A stretch of DNA of 64,000 nucleotides from Naegleria gruberi (GCA_000004985.1 GG738875.1), one strand, 5' to 3'; counted from the stretch's first letter, positions 18,005 through 29,313 are shown. Made by a program: numbers and translations. The notes: generated by a model from the letters alone, not told the origin.

Positions 18005-18958
18005 ATGATCTGTTCCATCATGATGAATGGTGTTATGGCATTCAAAAACAAGGACAGCAGCTTTCCATCATTGGGAGAATTTGCTGGTAAAGTTGTCTAT
18101 GTTTCTGGAGGTTCTGCTGGTATCGGCTATCAAACTTCTCTTCAATTTGCTAGAGAGGGAGCTCGTGTTGTTTTCACTGCTAGAAATGCTCATCCAGATT
18201 GGTATACAGGAGAGGAGGCTGAGATTAAGATTAATAGAGATGATAGAGTTGTTGCGAGTGGTGGAAAGGCAACTTTTATCAAGTGTGATATTTCAAATTA
18301 TACTCAAGTGAGAGATTTGTTCTTTAACAAGATTGATCGTTTATTTGGTAAATTGGATATTGCTGTGAATAATGCTGGAATAGGAGGACCTGGAGGTAAT
18401 TTGGTTGATCTTGATCCTGAATACTTTTTGGGAACTAAGCATAATCCTATGCATAATAATGCTTATGGTGTTGTTTATCAAATGCATGTTCAACTTCAAT
18501 ATTGGGCCTCTAAGAAAGATAACTCAACTGTAAAGTCAATTGTGAACTTGTCAAGCTATAATGGATTGAGAGCTTGCCCAGGTTGTTCTCTTTATTCAGC
18601 TTCAAAGCATGCAATTATTGGATTAACTCAATCTGTTGCTATTGAGCATGCAAAGGCAACTCCAAAGATGCCAAGAGTTAGAGTAAACGCTGTAGCACCA
18701 GGTTTAATAGATACACCTCTTACAAGAAACCAAGCTAAATCTATTTTTGAAGGAATTCCAACATGGCAAGGTCCTCTCATTACTGAAACTGATCCACTTT
18801 GGTTAAAGATGAAACCAGAGGCAGAAAACTCCTTGGTTGGTGGAGTACTTGGTAAACCAGAGGAAATGGCTAATGTTATCATGTTCTTGTCCAGTGATAG
18901 AGCTAGTTACGTTTCTGGTACAGTCATTAGTGCTGACAATGCAGAGACAGCAAAATAA
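18005..18958 (+). CDS. Short-chain dehydrogenase/reductase (SDR).
   Basis: Has GKVVYVSGGSAGIGYQTSLQFAREGARVVFTARN (the TGxxxGIG Rossmann motif), NNAGI and the catalytic YSASKHAIIGLTQS (YxxxK). Which of several clustered Met codons is the true start is uncertain. Confidence 0.85.
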   Translation: MICSIMMNGVMAFKNKDSSFPSLGEFAGKVVYVSGGSAGIGYQTSLQFAREGARVVFTARNAHPDWYTGEEAEIKINRDDRVVASGGKATFIKCDISNYTQVRDLFFNKIDRLFGKLDIAVNNAGIGGPGGNLVDLDPEYFLGTKHNPMHNNAYGVVYQMHVQLQYWASKKDNSTVKSIVNLSSYNGLRACPGCSLYSASKHAIIGLTQSVAIEHAKATPKMPRVRVNAVAPGLIDTPLTRNQAKSIFEGIPTWQGPLITETDPLWLKMKPEAENSLVGGVLGKPEEMANVIMFLSSDRASYVSGTVISADNAETAK

Positions 18959-19016
18959 GTGTTAATAAATTTATTCCTAGTAAATTGTTTAAATCAAAAT
19001 TGTTGGTGAAAACTGG

Positions 19017-21033
19017 TTAAACACTTTTAGTTTCTTCCTCTTCTGTTTCATATCTTCTCTTCAAAATTGATTTAGGTACAGTTAGGGAAAGAATAAAGGT
19101 GAATATACACACTCCAGCACACACCCAAAAACTAATCTTGTCGACGAGTGGAACTTTTCCAATCCAAGAGTTTGGATTTGATTCAGTGATACTTTCAGCC
19201 CAATTCAATCCAACACTAAGCAATACTCCTCCAATGAATGGACCTGAAGCCCAACCTATTGAAGCAGTAATATGTGCTAATCCAGTTGTGCTTCCAATGT
19301 GTTCCGAAGATGGGGCTGAATTGTTGACAAGTAAGAATTGAGAGGTATAGGCCATTTCTTGTGCGCATGATTTGATAAAGATACAAAAAGTGGCAAAAAT
19401 AAAAACAACCCAAGGATTCCACTCATATTGGACTAGTTCAGTACTGAATGGAAAAACTATTACGTCAATGATGTAAACTATCAAGCCAATTCTGAAGAGC
19501 CATAAGAATCCAAGCTTATCAGATAATTTTGGATAAATAATTAACATTATTAGTGAAGTAACGCCACCAATAGAAAGCATTAATCCAATTTGTGACGAAT
19601 CCAAAGCTAGACCTCTCTTTTGAATTGAATTACTGGCAAAAACTAACAAATATTAATATCATTATAACAAAAAACTTACTTGGAACCATTTCGTCCATAA
19701 TATTAGTAGCAAGACCAAGGAAGAGATACAACAAAGCAACCTTAACAACTATAGAATCTTTCAACAGATAAAAAAGACTCAAGTTTGGTTTTTCCTTATT
19801 AGCAGCTACCTTTGTCTCAATTGAAGATGTTTCCTCGACAGAATTTGAGTCCTCTTCCAATAAATTATCCTTAGTACTGTAGGCGTCTAAGTTTGTCGTG
19901 GAAGCACTTATCATTTCAATAGATGCTTCTTTTTCCTCTTCCACAATTTTCTTTTTTCTTATTCCAACCTTTACAAGAAACCAATTTACAATATCAAATC
20001 TATTCTTTAAAGATTCTTTCATGAAAAATATTGTGCAAATAATTGAAATAATATTCATAATGACTGGAATGGAGAGCGGTAGCACGTACGGATTAGTGTT
20101 AAAGAAATTATAGAGCCATGTTTCTTTACCTCCAAAAAGGAAAGGCCATTTTTCGGCAGGTTTAGACAACCAACCTCCCATTCCAGGAGAAACGATGTTA
20201 CTCACAGCCCAAATACAACTAATAAGCACAAAGGCTTTTTCCTGATTGCTCGAATTGGTAATATCAATAGTGAATGACTTGTAAATTGGAACGTTAGCAT
20301 TCAAAGCTCCGTGAATTGTTCTAACAACTAGGGCAAACCAAAAATTCTTTGAAAATGCAAATAATGACAAAAAGATTACATTCACAACTAAGCCCGATAA
20401 CAATAAGGGTTTTCTTCCTAAATGATCACTCGATCTTGAAATGAACCAATTGGAAATTAATTGAGCAACTGAATAGGCAGATGCCAAAATACCAACCAGT
20501 AATCCAACTCTTTCCTCTGGTATTTCCAATTCATCATGATTGATAATTGTACCATTTCCAATCAATGAACTATTTACACTAAATAATTTCGAATCAAATT
20601 GTTTCGAATATAAATAACTTTTTGGCAAAATTGCAAAACTATTAAATCCCAAGTTGTAACTTGTTGTAGTAGTATTATAACTCAGTGTTCCATTATTTAG
20701 ACGTGCTTCTTGTTGTTCAAACAACAGAAAATCTCTCACCATAAATGGCACAACAGGATAGAGAATTGAATAACCAACAGCCTCAGCAATGATAATTATC
20801 GATATCATTATCATGGCCATTTTAGGCAATGGTGTCACTTCTGGTTTCACTTCCTCTTGATTACTTTCCAAATTTTGTTCCTGTTGCTCTTCTACTTGTT
20901 GATTGTTATCATCAATAATTCCTTCATTATCATCATCATCTGCCAATCGGATGATATTCACCGAAGAAGATAACGAGTGAGTATTGTCATCATCCATTTC
21001 TGGTGGTGAGTCTTGTTGTGGGTGATGACTCAT
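19017..21033 (-). CDS. Major facilitator superfamily transporter: join(complement(19017..19642, 19680..21033)).
   Basis: The N-terminal region is acidic and Q-rich. The protein has 12 hydrophobic spans and an MFS loop GRKPLLLSGLVVNVIF. A 37-nt intron (GTAAGT...TGTTAG) joins ...IMDEMVP to IFASNSIQKRGL... in frame. Confidence 0.8.
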
Positions 21034-21303
21034 TTTTTTTCAGTGCGCCTAGTTTTCTAGAAGGATTGAAATATGCTGTTTGTTTCAAATATTCGTTGAA
21101 GATTATAAAGAATAATAAATGGTAATTACAATAAATGGTGAAGAGGTTGCGGCAACGTGCTACGAAAGATATTTTGTTGGTGTGTTGTTTTTTTGTTATC
21201 GGAGGATTTTTGATTTACAGTAGTAATTGGTTTGTGTTGCTTAATAAAAACGTGGGGAAAAAAAGACTGAATAATTGGCTTTCTTGCCTGTATAAGAGTA
21301 AAA

Positions 21304-21421
21304 GACTACAGCACCACAGGTTCCCAAGTTGTCTCCAACCTCAGTACTGATGTGGCTCTACGATGCTTAACTTCTCAAATCGGACGGGATGAGGTGCATT
21401 CATCGTGATATGGCCGTAGCC
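21304..21421 (-). rRNA. 5S rRNA gene, copy 1.
   Basis: 118 nt. The reverse complement reads GGCTACGGCCATATCACGATGAATGCACCTCATCCCGTCCGATTTGAGAAGTTAAGCATCGTAGAGCCACATCAGTACTGAGGTTGGAGACAACTTGGGAACCTGTGGTGCTGTAGTC, followed by TTTT. Helix I pairs 5' GGCTAC with 3' GTAGTC. Confidence 0.9.
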
Positions 21422-21741
21422 ATTCATTATATGAAAATTATGATATTGAACGAGTACAGAAATTATGTTTATATTTTATTTCAGTCATCGTTGGATGAAA
21501 TATTTGAATGATACGAAAGGTGAAAGTGTTAATGAAAATCCACCTTAATCCTCATTCAAGTTTCATTCAAATCCAACATTGTAAACTGGCAAACTAGCTT
21601 CCACTTTTCCAATCACCTTCCAATAACACTCCATTTTTAATTTGAGCCACTAAATGATTTAAATTGCCTCCGGAGCTCAAGAATACTCCACACAAAAAAA
21701 CAGCAACAATATTCAACATTCTTCATACAAAAGAATACAAA

Positions 21742-22530
21742 ATGCTTTTCCAACAACCTGTACATACTGGCAGCAATTTTACCATTCCATTTGATGGAAC
21801 CATTGAAAAATTCACCTCTACCTTTCCAATATCTTTAGTGAATAGAGTACACCCCGATCAATTTCAATCTACATTAGAAAAATGTAATTTAGTGATGAAG
21901 AAGCATATGGACAAGATTAAAGAGAGTGATAAGAAAGTGTTGTGGGTTATGTTGGCATTCATTGGCTTGATGATATTGTTAATTTTATTTCCAACTCTTT
22001 TCGTTACTGTCATTATTCCTGTTGGTGATTCTGATGCTTGGATTCCTGCAGTTTTCATTCCAATATTTGCATGTATTCCAATGATTGGAATTATTATTTA
22101 TTCATCTCGTAGAATGCAACAAATCAAAGCCATGCATGTAGAATGTAAGAAGGAAGTTGAAGAGCTATTGGCACAAGAGAATTCAATGTACTTCCAATTT
22201 GGTGTTCAATGGATCTTGAGATATGACGGTATTGAAGCTATTGGCAAGGTCAGATATGGTGTCTATAGGCATTTAAATACCATGCCAAGCTTGGAGATTT
22301 TGACCAATCAAGCAATGTATATGGTGCAACAACCTAATGTTATGGTGCAAGGTAGTTCTGACATGATGCCAATGTATCAACAACAACAAGCTATTTATGT
22401 AGTGCCACCAACTAGTCAACCACAACAACCAACAGTTTATGAACAAGAACCACACAGTGTAACTTATCAACAAGTGAATCAATACCAAAAGGAAAATGAT
22501 AATCAACCACTGTTAGGTAATAGAGTGTAA
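21742..22530 (+). CDS. Hypothetical membrane protein with a Q-rich C-terminus.
   Basis: ORF with two or three hydrophobic spans (LWVMLAFIGLMILLILFPTLFVTVIIPV, AVFIPIFACIPMIGIIIY) and a Q/P-rich tail. The first ATG is at 21742 and the upstream frame is open back to 21664. Confidence 0.5.
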   Translation: MLFQQPVHTGSNFTIPFDGTIEKFTSTFPISLVNRVHPDQFQSTLEKCNLVMKKHMDKIKESDKKVLWVMLAFIGLMILLILFPTLFVTVIIPVGDSDAWIPAVFIPIFACIPMIGIIIYSSRRMQQIKAMHVECKKEVEELLAQENSMYFQFGVQWILRYDGIEAIGKVRYGVYRHLNTMPSLEILTNQAMYMVQQPNVMVQGSSDMMPMYQQQQAIYVVPPTSQPQQPTVYEQEPHSVTYQQVNQYQKENDNQPLLGNRV

Positions 22531-22729
22531 ATTATTTTTGTAAATAAAAATTGTAAATATTAAAAATAATACAATTTTAATATTCCATAAACTCAGAAAG
22601 GGCAAGAAAGGCTCAGAAAGTTCATCATGCTAAACCTTGCTATGTTTTTAATTAAGGTGGCTGGATACAAAATTATTTAAGTGGTAATAATTGTTATTGT
22701 GGTTGTTAGGAAGAATTCCTCAACAAAAA

Positions 22730-23098
22730 ATGCAACAACTTGTGGAGGGGCAGATTTGGACATATCATCATCGTTCTAAAGATGATTCTACATCCCGATT
22801 CACAATTTATAAAATTGACCAGATGGGTGATCATGATGTAGTGCATATCAAAATTTCTGGTGTTCGATTTGCTGGAAAAAAGATGCAAATACAACACATG
22901 CCTTTTACGAGAGAATCTATAGAGCAGAGTGTTATAGAATTGGTTGGAAATATTGATGACTTGAAGGATGAACATTTTACAGATGGATATGAAAATTGGA
23001 AGAAGGAAAGTTTGGAAGGAAGAGCAGGTGCTTGGACTATGAATGTGGATAAAGCAATTGATTTATTGGAGAAGGCTACTACGGGAGCTGATGAATAA
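22730..23098 (+). CDS. Hypothetical small protein of 122 aa.
   Basis: The ATG is in an AAAAAATG context and the ORF is clean. I recognise no domain. Confidence 0.4.
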   Translation: MQQLVEGQIWTYHHRSKDDSTSRFTIYKIDQMGDHDVVHIKISGVRFAGKKMQIQHMPFTRESIEQSVIELVGNIDDLKDEHFTDGYENWKKESLEGRAGAWTMNVDKAIDLLEKATTGADE

Positions 23099-23177
23099 TT
23101 AGATTAGCCTTTGTCAAGCCTCTATTGTAAATATAATTAAAAAATTAAATTATTATTAAATTTGGAAAAATTGGAAT

Positions 23178-24983
23178 TTATTTTACAACCAAGTATTTAA
23201 TCTCTTTTGGAAGAGTAAAGTTTGAAACACCAGTATTAATTGCTCGGATAGATGTGATTTTTGGACAATTTTTGGAAATGCTTAATATGCTATTATTTGT
23301 GATTGGATTTTCACTTAAATCAATCGTCTCCAATAGTGGTAGCTCTTTAGAAATTGCTTCAACAAATTTGTCATTAATATCTTGATTGATAAGTGTGAGA
23401 GTTTTCAAATTTTTGAGTTGGGATAAACGTTCAACACTGAAAATTGGAGTTCTGAAAATATTCAAATCCACCAAATCACACATGACATCTGTGGACACTT
23501 CATGAACTGCTTCATAAGTCCCAAGTTTAAGCTTTTTCAAGGAGGCTATAGTGAGAAGCTCACTAAAACTGTCACCTATTCCGCATGAGGTGATTTCTGC
23601 TGTTTTAATAGGCATTCCTGCAAGATATTTAAGCATTCCTGGCTTGATTTTTTCATGATCCAAGCTAATTGTACTCAACTTTGAACAGGAACTCAAATTT
23701 TCAAAGAATTCTCTTTGAGTATCGTCTGGAGGGCTATCGTAAAGTGTTGTATATCCATGAAGGGAGCCACCATTTTCTCCTTTAAGTATTGATTTGACAG
23801 TTCTAATATTTGGCCAATTTTTAAGAGCTTTTGAAAAGCGGAAAATTGAGGTGACACTTGTTTGAATATCTAAAGTGGTTAATAAAGAAGAATTAGCAGA
23901 AAATTCTGTAAAGTCTTCATCTTTTCCTGCACTGTGACCTCTCCATCTGAATATTCTCAACTTTGGAAATTTAAGTTTACAGAATCTGTTCATTTCACAC
24001 ATATCACTTGAAGGAACTTGAAGGATTGTAACATCTTCCAAATAAGGTGCCATCACTTCCAAGGTTGAAACCAAAACTTCTGAAGGTAATTGTCTTACAT
24101 TAAGACTTGTGATGTTTTGTACAGGTAATAGTTTAAGAGTTTTCTTTGTTTGGGTCAATGCTTGTTGGGAATCTGTGACAGTGGTATCATGTAATAATTT
24201 AACATATGGGACCTTCATTGCAATCTTTGCACCATTGGCTGCCAAGCATTGAGTCATCCTCAAAAGTTCAGATCTATGATACATTTTAGAACCATCCAAC
24301 TCCAATCTTCTAAAGAGAAACTTTGGAGAGTCTCCCTGTCCAGATCTTGTAAATTTACCAAAATACAATTGATTAAACTTTCTAACATTGGAACCACATG
24401 ATTGATCGAATAATCCTCCATAATAGTCCAAAATAATGAGCAACACTTCACTAGGAAGTTTACAAACAAGTCTGTTCAATTCATCTTCCAATTGTTGAGC
24501 TTTAGGAAGTGGTGTTTTTGGTTTCACTGGAACATTGGCAGGTTGTTGCTTACTAACAGGTGGAGCCTTTGTTGTTGATGAGGATGTGGTTGTACTACCA
24601 GTTTTGGTCCTTAATGCTGAAGATGTTTTTGATATGAATGTTGCCTTTGGTGATGAAGATAGACTTGATGGTTTGGAACTTGATGAAACCTTACTAGTAG
24701 TAGTTGTCGCCACAGGTTTGGTTGCACTTGGTAAAGATGATGATGTCTTGCCGGCATTACTTGTTATCTTTGTTACATTACAGCTTGAAGTTGTTGTTGT
24801 TGTGGTTACTGCCTTTGGAGTAGGACTGTTTGACAATGATCTATTATTACTCGTTCCCGAAGAGAATGTCTTTGTACTTGAAGTGGTTGTTGTTGTGCTG
24901 CTGCTAGAAGTTTTGCTTGTTGTTGTTTTTGAGGGAATCTTTGAGGGGGTAGTTGTTGAGGGAGTGGATTTGGTGAGGGCCAT
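23178..24983 (-). CDS. F-box-like / leucine-rich-repeat protein with a mucin-like Ser/Thr-rich N-terminus.
   Basis: The first 190 aa or so are almost pure S/T/P. An F-box-like LVCKLPSEVLLIILDYYGG follows. The C-terminal half has a leucine-rich periodicity (LxxLxL...N). The ATG follows an A8 run. Confidence 0.6.
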   Translation of the reverse strand: MALTKSTPSTTTPSKIPSKTTTSKTSSSSTTTTTSSTKTFSSGTSNNRSLSNSPTPKAVTTTTTTSSCNVTKITSNAGKTSSSLPSATKPVATTTTSKVSSSSKPSSLSSSPKATFISKTSSALRTKTGSTTTSSSTTKAPPVSKQQPANVPVKPKTPLPKAQQLEDELNRLVCKLPSEVLLIILDYYGGLFDQSCGSNVRKFNQLYFGKFTRSGQGDSPKFLFRRLELDGSKMYHRSELLRMTQCLAANGAKIAMKVPYVKLLHDTTVTDSQQALTQTKKTLKLLPVQNITSLNVRQLPSEVLVSTLEVMAPYLEDVTILQVPSSDMCEMNRFCKLKFPKLRIFRWRGHSAGKDEDFTEFSANSSLLTTLDIQTSVTSIFRFSKALKNWPNIRTVKSILKGENGGSLHGYTTLYDSPPDDTQREFFENLSSCSKLSTISLDHEKIKPGMLKYLAGMPIKTAEITSCGIGDSFSELLTIASLKKLKLGTYEAVHEVSTDVMCDLVDLNIFRTPIFSVERLSQLKNLKTLTLINQDINDKFVEAISKELPLLETIDLSENPITNNSILSISKNCPKITSIRAINTGVSNFTLPKEIKYLVVK

Positions 24984-25113
24984 TTTTTTTAAAGTTTCAC
25001 CTCTCTGACCCCACCAAAAGAAATCTTATAGAGTTAGAAGTTGACCCGCCTTAATAATTACTATTGATGTTTCACAGTGCGAGCTTTTCTATAAAAATGG
25101 TAAAGAGTTAATT

Positions 25114-26097
25114 TCAATTATTCCATTCGAAATGTCCAAAGAGTACTCTTTCGCCATTGATTGAGTCCACGATTTGTTGCCAAACTGGTTTGGAATTGTG
25201 AGGGCTGGTCTGAGGATGAAAGTGAGTATCTAATTGGAAAATGTAATAGTAAATACAAATGAAATGAAGTAAAATTCCACCAACTGAAAACAAGTGCCAA
25301 ATGGCATGTGAGAAGGGAATTATTCCATCACCATTCAAGAAGTAAATTCCACCTGAGAAGAAAAATCCTCCACCAAATAATGCAAAATAAGCTTCCAAAG
25401 GGATATGAATAAACATTGAAGAGGGAATGGCTACTAGAGCTACCCAACCCATAATATTAAAAAGAGTACCATTCGAAACGAATGTAATCATTCTTCCTTC
25501 AGAAAATGATTTAGTAAGCCCACAAAATGCCAAACACCAAACAAAAATTGTTAAAAACTTTCCATACATATTCTCATTTCCCAATTCCAAAATCATCAAG
25601 AATGGTGTGTAAGTGGCTGCTATAAAGATATAAATTGTTGCATAATCTACAATTCTGAACCAGTATGTTTTGTGTGAAAACTTTCCAAACACCAAACACA
25701 TGACATGATACAAAGTTGACACGAAAAACAATGTAAACAGTGTCATGCAGTAGAGTATGGATGAAATTCGTTCCTCAATACTATTCACCACATGTTCATT
25801 TGTTAAGAATAAATAAACAAAAATGAATAATGGAATACCATGAGTGAGAATGTTTGCCGTTTCCTCAATTTTTGATGGTTCATAATCTTCCACATTCAAA
25901 CTATCAGGAAATTCATTCATGAATATTTTACACATCGGGCAACAAGTCACTGGTTTTTGTTTGTAAATAATTTCATCCACCAATTTGAACTGTTTCTTTT
26001 CTGATGCTGTTTCATGATTATTTTCTGTATTTTCGTCATGATGACAACCACTGTGATGATGACAAGGGGAAGGGTCACCCTTTTTTCGTTCTCTCAT
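25114..26097 (-). CDS. PAQR / hemolysin-III family membrane protein (adiponectin-receptor-like).
   Basis: Seven hydrophobic spans. The three PAQR motif regions are present: ANILTHGIP (NxxTH), DYATIYIFIAATYTPF and SHAIWHLFSVGGILLHF (HxxxH). The N-terminus is His/Cys-rich (CHHHSGCHHDEN...CCPMC). Confidence 0.7.
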   Translation of the reverse strand: MRERKKGDPSPCHHHSGCHHDENTENNHETASEKKQFKLVDEIIYKQKPVTCCPMCKIFMNEFPDSLNVEDYEPSKIEETANILTHGIPLFIFVYLFLTNEHVVNSIEERISSILYCMTLFTLFFVSTLYHVMCLVFGKFSHKTYWFRIVDYATIYIFIAATYTPFLMILELGNENMYGKFLTIFVWCLAFCGLTKSFSEGRMITFVSNGTLFNIMGWVALVAIPSSMFIHIPLEAYFALFGGGFFFSGGIYFLNGDGIIPFSHAIWHLFSVGGILLHFICIYYYIFQLDTHFHPQTSPHNSKPVWQQIVDSINGERVLFGHFEWNN

Positions 26098-26184
26098 TTT
26101 TTTATTAGATTATAATTAATAAATTAAATATATTGAATTTATTTGAATATTACATAATTTTTCAAAGAATACCTAGAGTCAACC

Positions 26185-26703
26185 CTATTTTCTCTTTGGT
26201 GGTTGAGATGCTAAAATCTTTTCAACAGTAAAATCAATTTCCCATCTTTCTAACATTCTTTCAATAGCAACGAGTGGTACACCATGCTTATTTCTCTTTG
26301 CTAATTCTTGTGCATTCTTAGCCCAAGGAGTAGTTGGTTCTGTAATTTCTACCACATAAGAATTGGCCTTTGCAGCTACAACATATGGTTTAGCTTCCCA
26401 CTTTTGTGTATTGGTATTATCGATTATTATAGGAGTGGTTCCATTCTTCATGGCATCGGAAGCTCTTTTCTGATTCCATTGATGGGCCTTTCCAAGTTGT
26501 GTAGCATCAAAATTATAATTTCCAGTCTGTGGATCCACAAAATAATCATCAGTGGAAAAGATATGATCTTTATATCCTGTTGTATAATCAATTCCGTGAT
26601 TTTTCATAATTTCTGATGCAAGAGTACTCTTTCCACTTCCAGAAATTCCTCTCAACAAGATCATTGTTTTACCATTAGATGATGATGAATTAGTTGCTGA
26701 CAT
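26185..26703 (-). CDS. P-loop kinase of the AAA_33 / N4BP2L-like family.
   Basis: The sequence MILLRGISGSGKSTLASEI resembles N4BP2L1 (LLRGLPGSGKST). The protein is small, about 172 aa, starting from the Met preceded by an A-run. Confidence 0.6.
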   Translation of the reverse strand: MSATNSSSSNGKTMILLRGISGSGKSTLASEIMKNHGIDYTTGYKDHIFSTDDYFVDPQTGNYNFDATQLGKAHQWNQKRASDAMKNGTTPIIIDNTNTQKWEAKPYVVAAKANSYVVEITEPTTPWAKNAQELAKRNKHGVPLVAIERMLERWEIDFTVEKILASQPPKRK

Positions 26704-27072
26704 TTTTTTTGATTTTGTTTGATGTTGAAATTTGTGTAAAAATAGATTTTTATAAATTTTGTTGAATTGCATACTTCAATATTGTAAACTGGTTCAACAA
26801 TTTATTTCAGTTTATTTTGAAGATGAAGCATTAATGATTTTGGTGGAAGTGAATCATACTGTACCCTTGATTATTGGATTGATTATGATATGGTTCAAAC
26901 GACTTGTTTGAAGAATGAAGATAAATCAAAATGTGAAAAACAAGTTAATTGGCGATTTGGTTGGTGGTATTTTCAATACCTGATCAACTCTCCGAATGAG
27001 CAGGTAGGTTCATATTAAATTTTTGTTACTTTACTTATTTTACAAAATACTAATTTTATCAATTTCACAAAC

Positions 27073-27726
27073 ATGGAAAGAGTTCATCGAACGAAATTAG
27101 CGTTAAAAATCCTTCAGAAAAAAATGGCTCAATACCACCAACCGACCTTGAAGAGTTTCAATAAGAAAATTTCTTTCGAAAATATTGATAATATTAAATT
27201 ACATATTGCTAGTAGTCCATTCACAGTTTCACCTGGCGATGAGGAGAAACACAACTTGGTTCCAATCTTTCAGTCAGTAATTTCATCCTTCCTATTTTCC
27301 ATTTGTTGCTTATTTGCTCATCTTTCCCCTGGTAATTTCTTTGATGAAACTGAAACTCTAATGAATGCTCTTTGTTCAGTGTTTGTGTTGAGTTTCGGAT
27401 TCTGTATGTACGTTATGATCAATGCATCGTGTCTTCAGATGGTAAGGGATGGATTTGTTAGTCTTCCACTAGTTAGCATTCATCCAAAGGCTAATCAATT
27501 ACTCATTTGGTTATCTAGAATTTTCAAAGTGTTTTTGGGATTGATTGTTTTGTTCAATGAGATTAAGAAGGTGTTCAACATTGAGGGAATAGTGCTTGAG
27601 ATGGAGTTACTCTCCTATATCATTCTATTGAGTCACATGTTTTGTGCCTTATTATTATTGAATATATATTTTTGTTTCTCTATTCAATCAAGAGAAAGAA
27701 ACTACTCTTCCGAAAGTTGTGTTTAA
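27073..27726 (+). CDS. Hypothetical membrane protein, first of a tandem paralog pair.
   Basis: Begins MAQYHQ... and has four hydrophobic spans. It shares the block LIVLFNEIKKVFNIEGIVLEMELL with the neighbouring gene. Confidence 0.5.
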   Translation: MERVHRTKLALKILQKKMAQYHQPTLKSFNKKISFENIDNIKLHIASSPFTVSPGDEEKHNLVPIFQSVISSFLFSICCLFAHLSPGNFFDETETLMNALCSVFVLSFGFCMYVMINASCLQMVRDGFVSLPLVSIHPKANQLLIWLSRIFKVFLGLIVLFNEIKKVFNIEGIVLEMELLSYIILLSHMFCALLLLNIYFCFSIQSRERNYSSESCV

Positions 27727-27839
27727 TAATAATAAAGAAAATTTGATCCTTATTATCGATAATTATTATTCATTCCTTTCATTATATGAATCAATAACAT
27801 ATTGAGAAGAGTTTCATTGAGCCTTGCAAATAGTAAAAA

Positions 27840-28409
27840 ATGGCTCAATACTACTACAAGTCTAAGGATGGTAATGATCACAACGAATTACTTGTTTCAT
27901 TAGAGGAGAAACAGAAAGTTAATCCATTCTTTGAAATCATTCGTGAGAGTTTATTATACTTTATATTCTCAGTGAGTTGCATGTTTGTTCTACTTTCCTC
28001 AAGTGAATTCTTCAGTGGCTCAAAGTATTTTTATGCTCCTTATTCTAATTTATTATTCTCTTTAATAATGATGATTATCGGGCTTGGCATATATGAAACT
28101 CTCAAATTTAGTTGTTTGTTCATCCTTTCGCAAGAGTACATCTTCTTCTCCAATAATTCAGTTGATTTTCCATCCTCCTGCTTTGCAATATTTTCCATCT
28201 CAAGCTATTTCAAAGTAATCGTTGGTTTTGCTGTTCTATTTGGAGAAATCAAGAAGGCTTTCGAAATTAATGAACTTGCATTATTCTTTAAGATTTGTGA
28301 CAATATCGTTCTGTGGAATCATGTAGCATGTACACTTGTTCTATTGGAATTATTTCTAATTTTCAAATTCAAAAAGTCAAAATTCCTCCCATCACATGAT
28401 TTAGTTTGA
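27840..28409 (+). CDS. Hypothetical membrane protein, second of the tandem paralog pair.
   Basis: Begins MAQYYY.... Its conserved block AVLFGEIKKAFEINELALFFKI has the same topology as 27073..27726. Confidence 0.5.
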   Translation: MAQYYYKSKDGNDHNELLVSLEEKQKVNPFFEIIRESLLYFIFSVSCMFVLLSSSEFFSGSKYFYAPYSNLLFSLIMMIIGLGIYETLKFSCLFILSQEYIFFSNNSVDFPSSCFAIFSISSYFKVIVGFAVLFGEIKKAFEINELALFFKICDNIVLWNHVACTLVLLELFLIFKFKKSKFLPSHDLV

Positions 28410-28479
28410 GTAAGATTCATAGTTGCTTGCATTATCAAATGGCAATAAATCCTCTATAGGTATGAAGTTAAGAACTTCT

Positions 28480-29313
28480 TTATTTTCTCAAAGTTACAAC
28501 ATTTCCAGTGCAAACGAATTGAATTTGACCATTTTGTGGTTGATATTCTGTTTCAATTCTGGCATGGATCTTACTCAACCATTCCTTCTCCAAAATGGGA
28601 TCTATTTGTGGTCCGAATTTTCTCTTCACCATTTCTGAGAATTGAGTGCTTGATTTCACTATTTCCATCATAACTTCGAGTGGACACTCAAATTCTTTGG
28701 TTACCTGTTCAATATCTATGTGAGAAAAACCAGCTTCCTTGCACAAGGTTTCGAAATGTTGTGGATCCTTGAGTGAAAACATGGCTCCTTGTGGTCCTCT
28801 TTCTAAATCAAGAGTATCATATGCAGCATTTAATGGAATTCTCAAGGGGAATGCCTCTGTCCATGAGTTTACCAAGGCAATACCTTGTTGTTGCATTACT
28901 CTGTGAATTTCCTTCAACCCTCTTAATATATCCTTGTATAACATAATTCCCATATTGGAATAGACAACGTCAAATGAATTGTCTTCATATTTCAAATCTT
29001 GTCCATCCATGATATGAAATTTCAAGGAAGAAACATTTGAAGATGTGTTAGAAATCTTGGAATTTGCTCCTTGAATGTAATCTTCTGAAATATCAATACC
29101 ATCAATACTCAACTTGAAATCCGTTCCGTTTAAAATAGTCTCATTCTCAAACTTGAAAGGCAACAATCCAGTTCCAGTTCCAATATCCAAAATCCTAACA
29201 TTTCTGTCCTTTGTTGAGTTGAAATAAAGAGTGGTGGATCGTTGAATAAGATCATCTGCAAAGAATTCTTGCACAACTCTGGTGAGTTCCATAAACTTGA
29301 TTTTTTGATTCAT
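28480..29313 (-). CDS. Class I SAM-dependent methyltransferase.
   Basis: Motif I is VRILDIGTGTGLLP. The post-I acidic region and motif II (FDVVYSNMGIM) are present. Confidence 0.75.
   Translation of the reverse strand: MNQKIKFMELTRVVQEFFADDLIQRSTTLYFNSTKDRNVRILDIGTGTGLLPFKFENETILNGTDFKLSIDGIDISEDYIQGANSKISNTSSNVSSLKFHIMDGQDLKYEDNSFDVVYSNMGIMLYKDILRGLKEIHRVMQQQGIALVNSWTEAFPLRIPLNAAYDTLDLERGPQGAMFSLKDPQHFETLCKEAGFSHIDIEQVTKEFECPLEVMMEIVKSSTQFSEMVKRKFGPQIDPILEKEWLSKIHARIETEYQPQNGQIQFVCTGNVVTLRK

Noticed and set aside
24535-25008. A 157-codon plus-strand ORF rich in V/L/D/E.
   Set aside because: It is the antisense reading of the Ser/Thr-rich N-terminal region of the minus-strand F-box/LRR gene. 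It is a compositional artefact.
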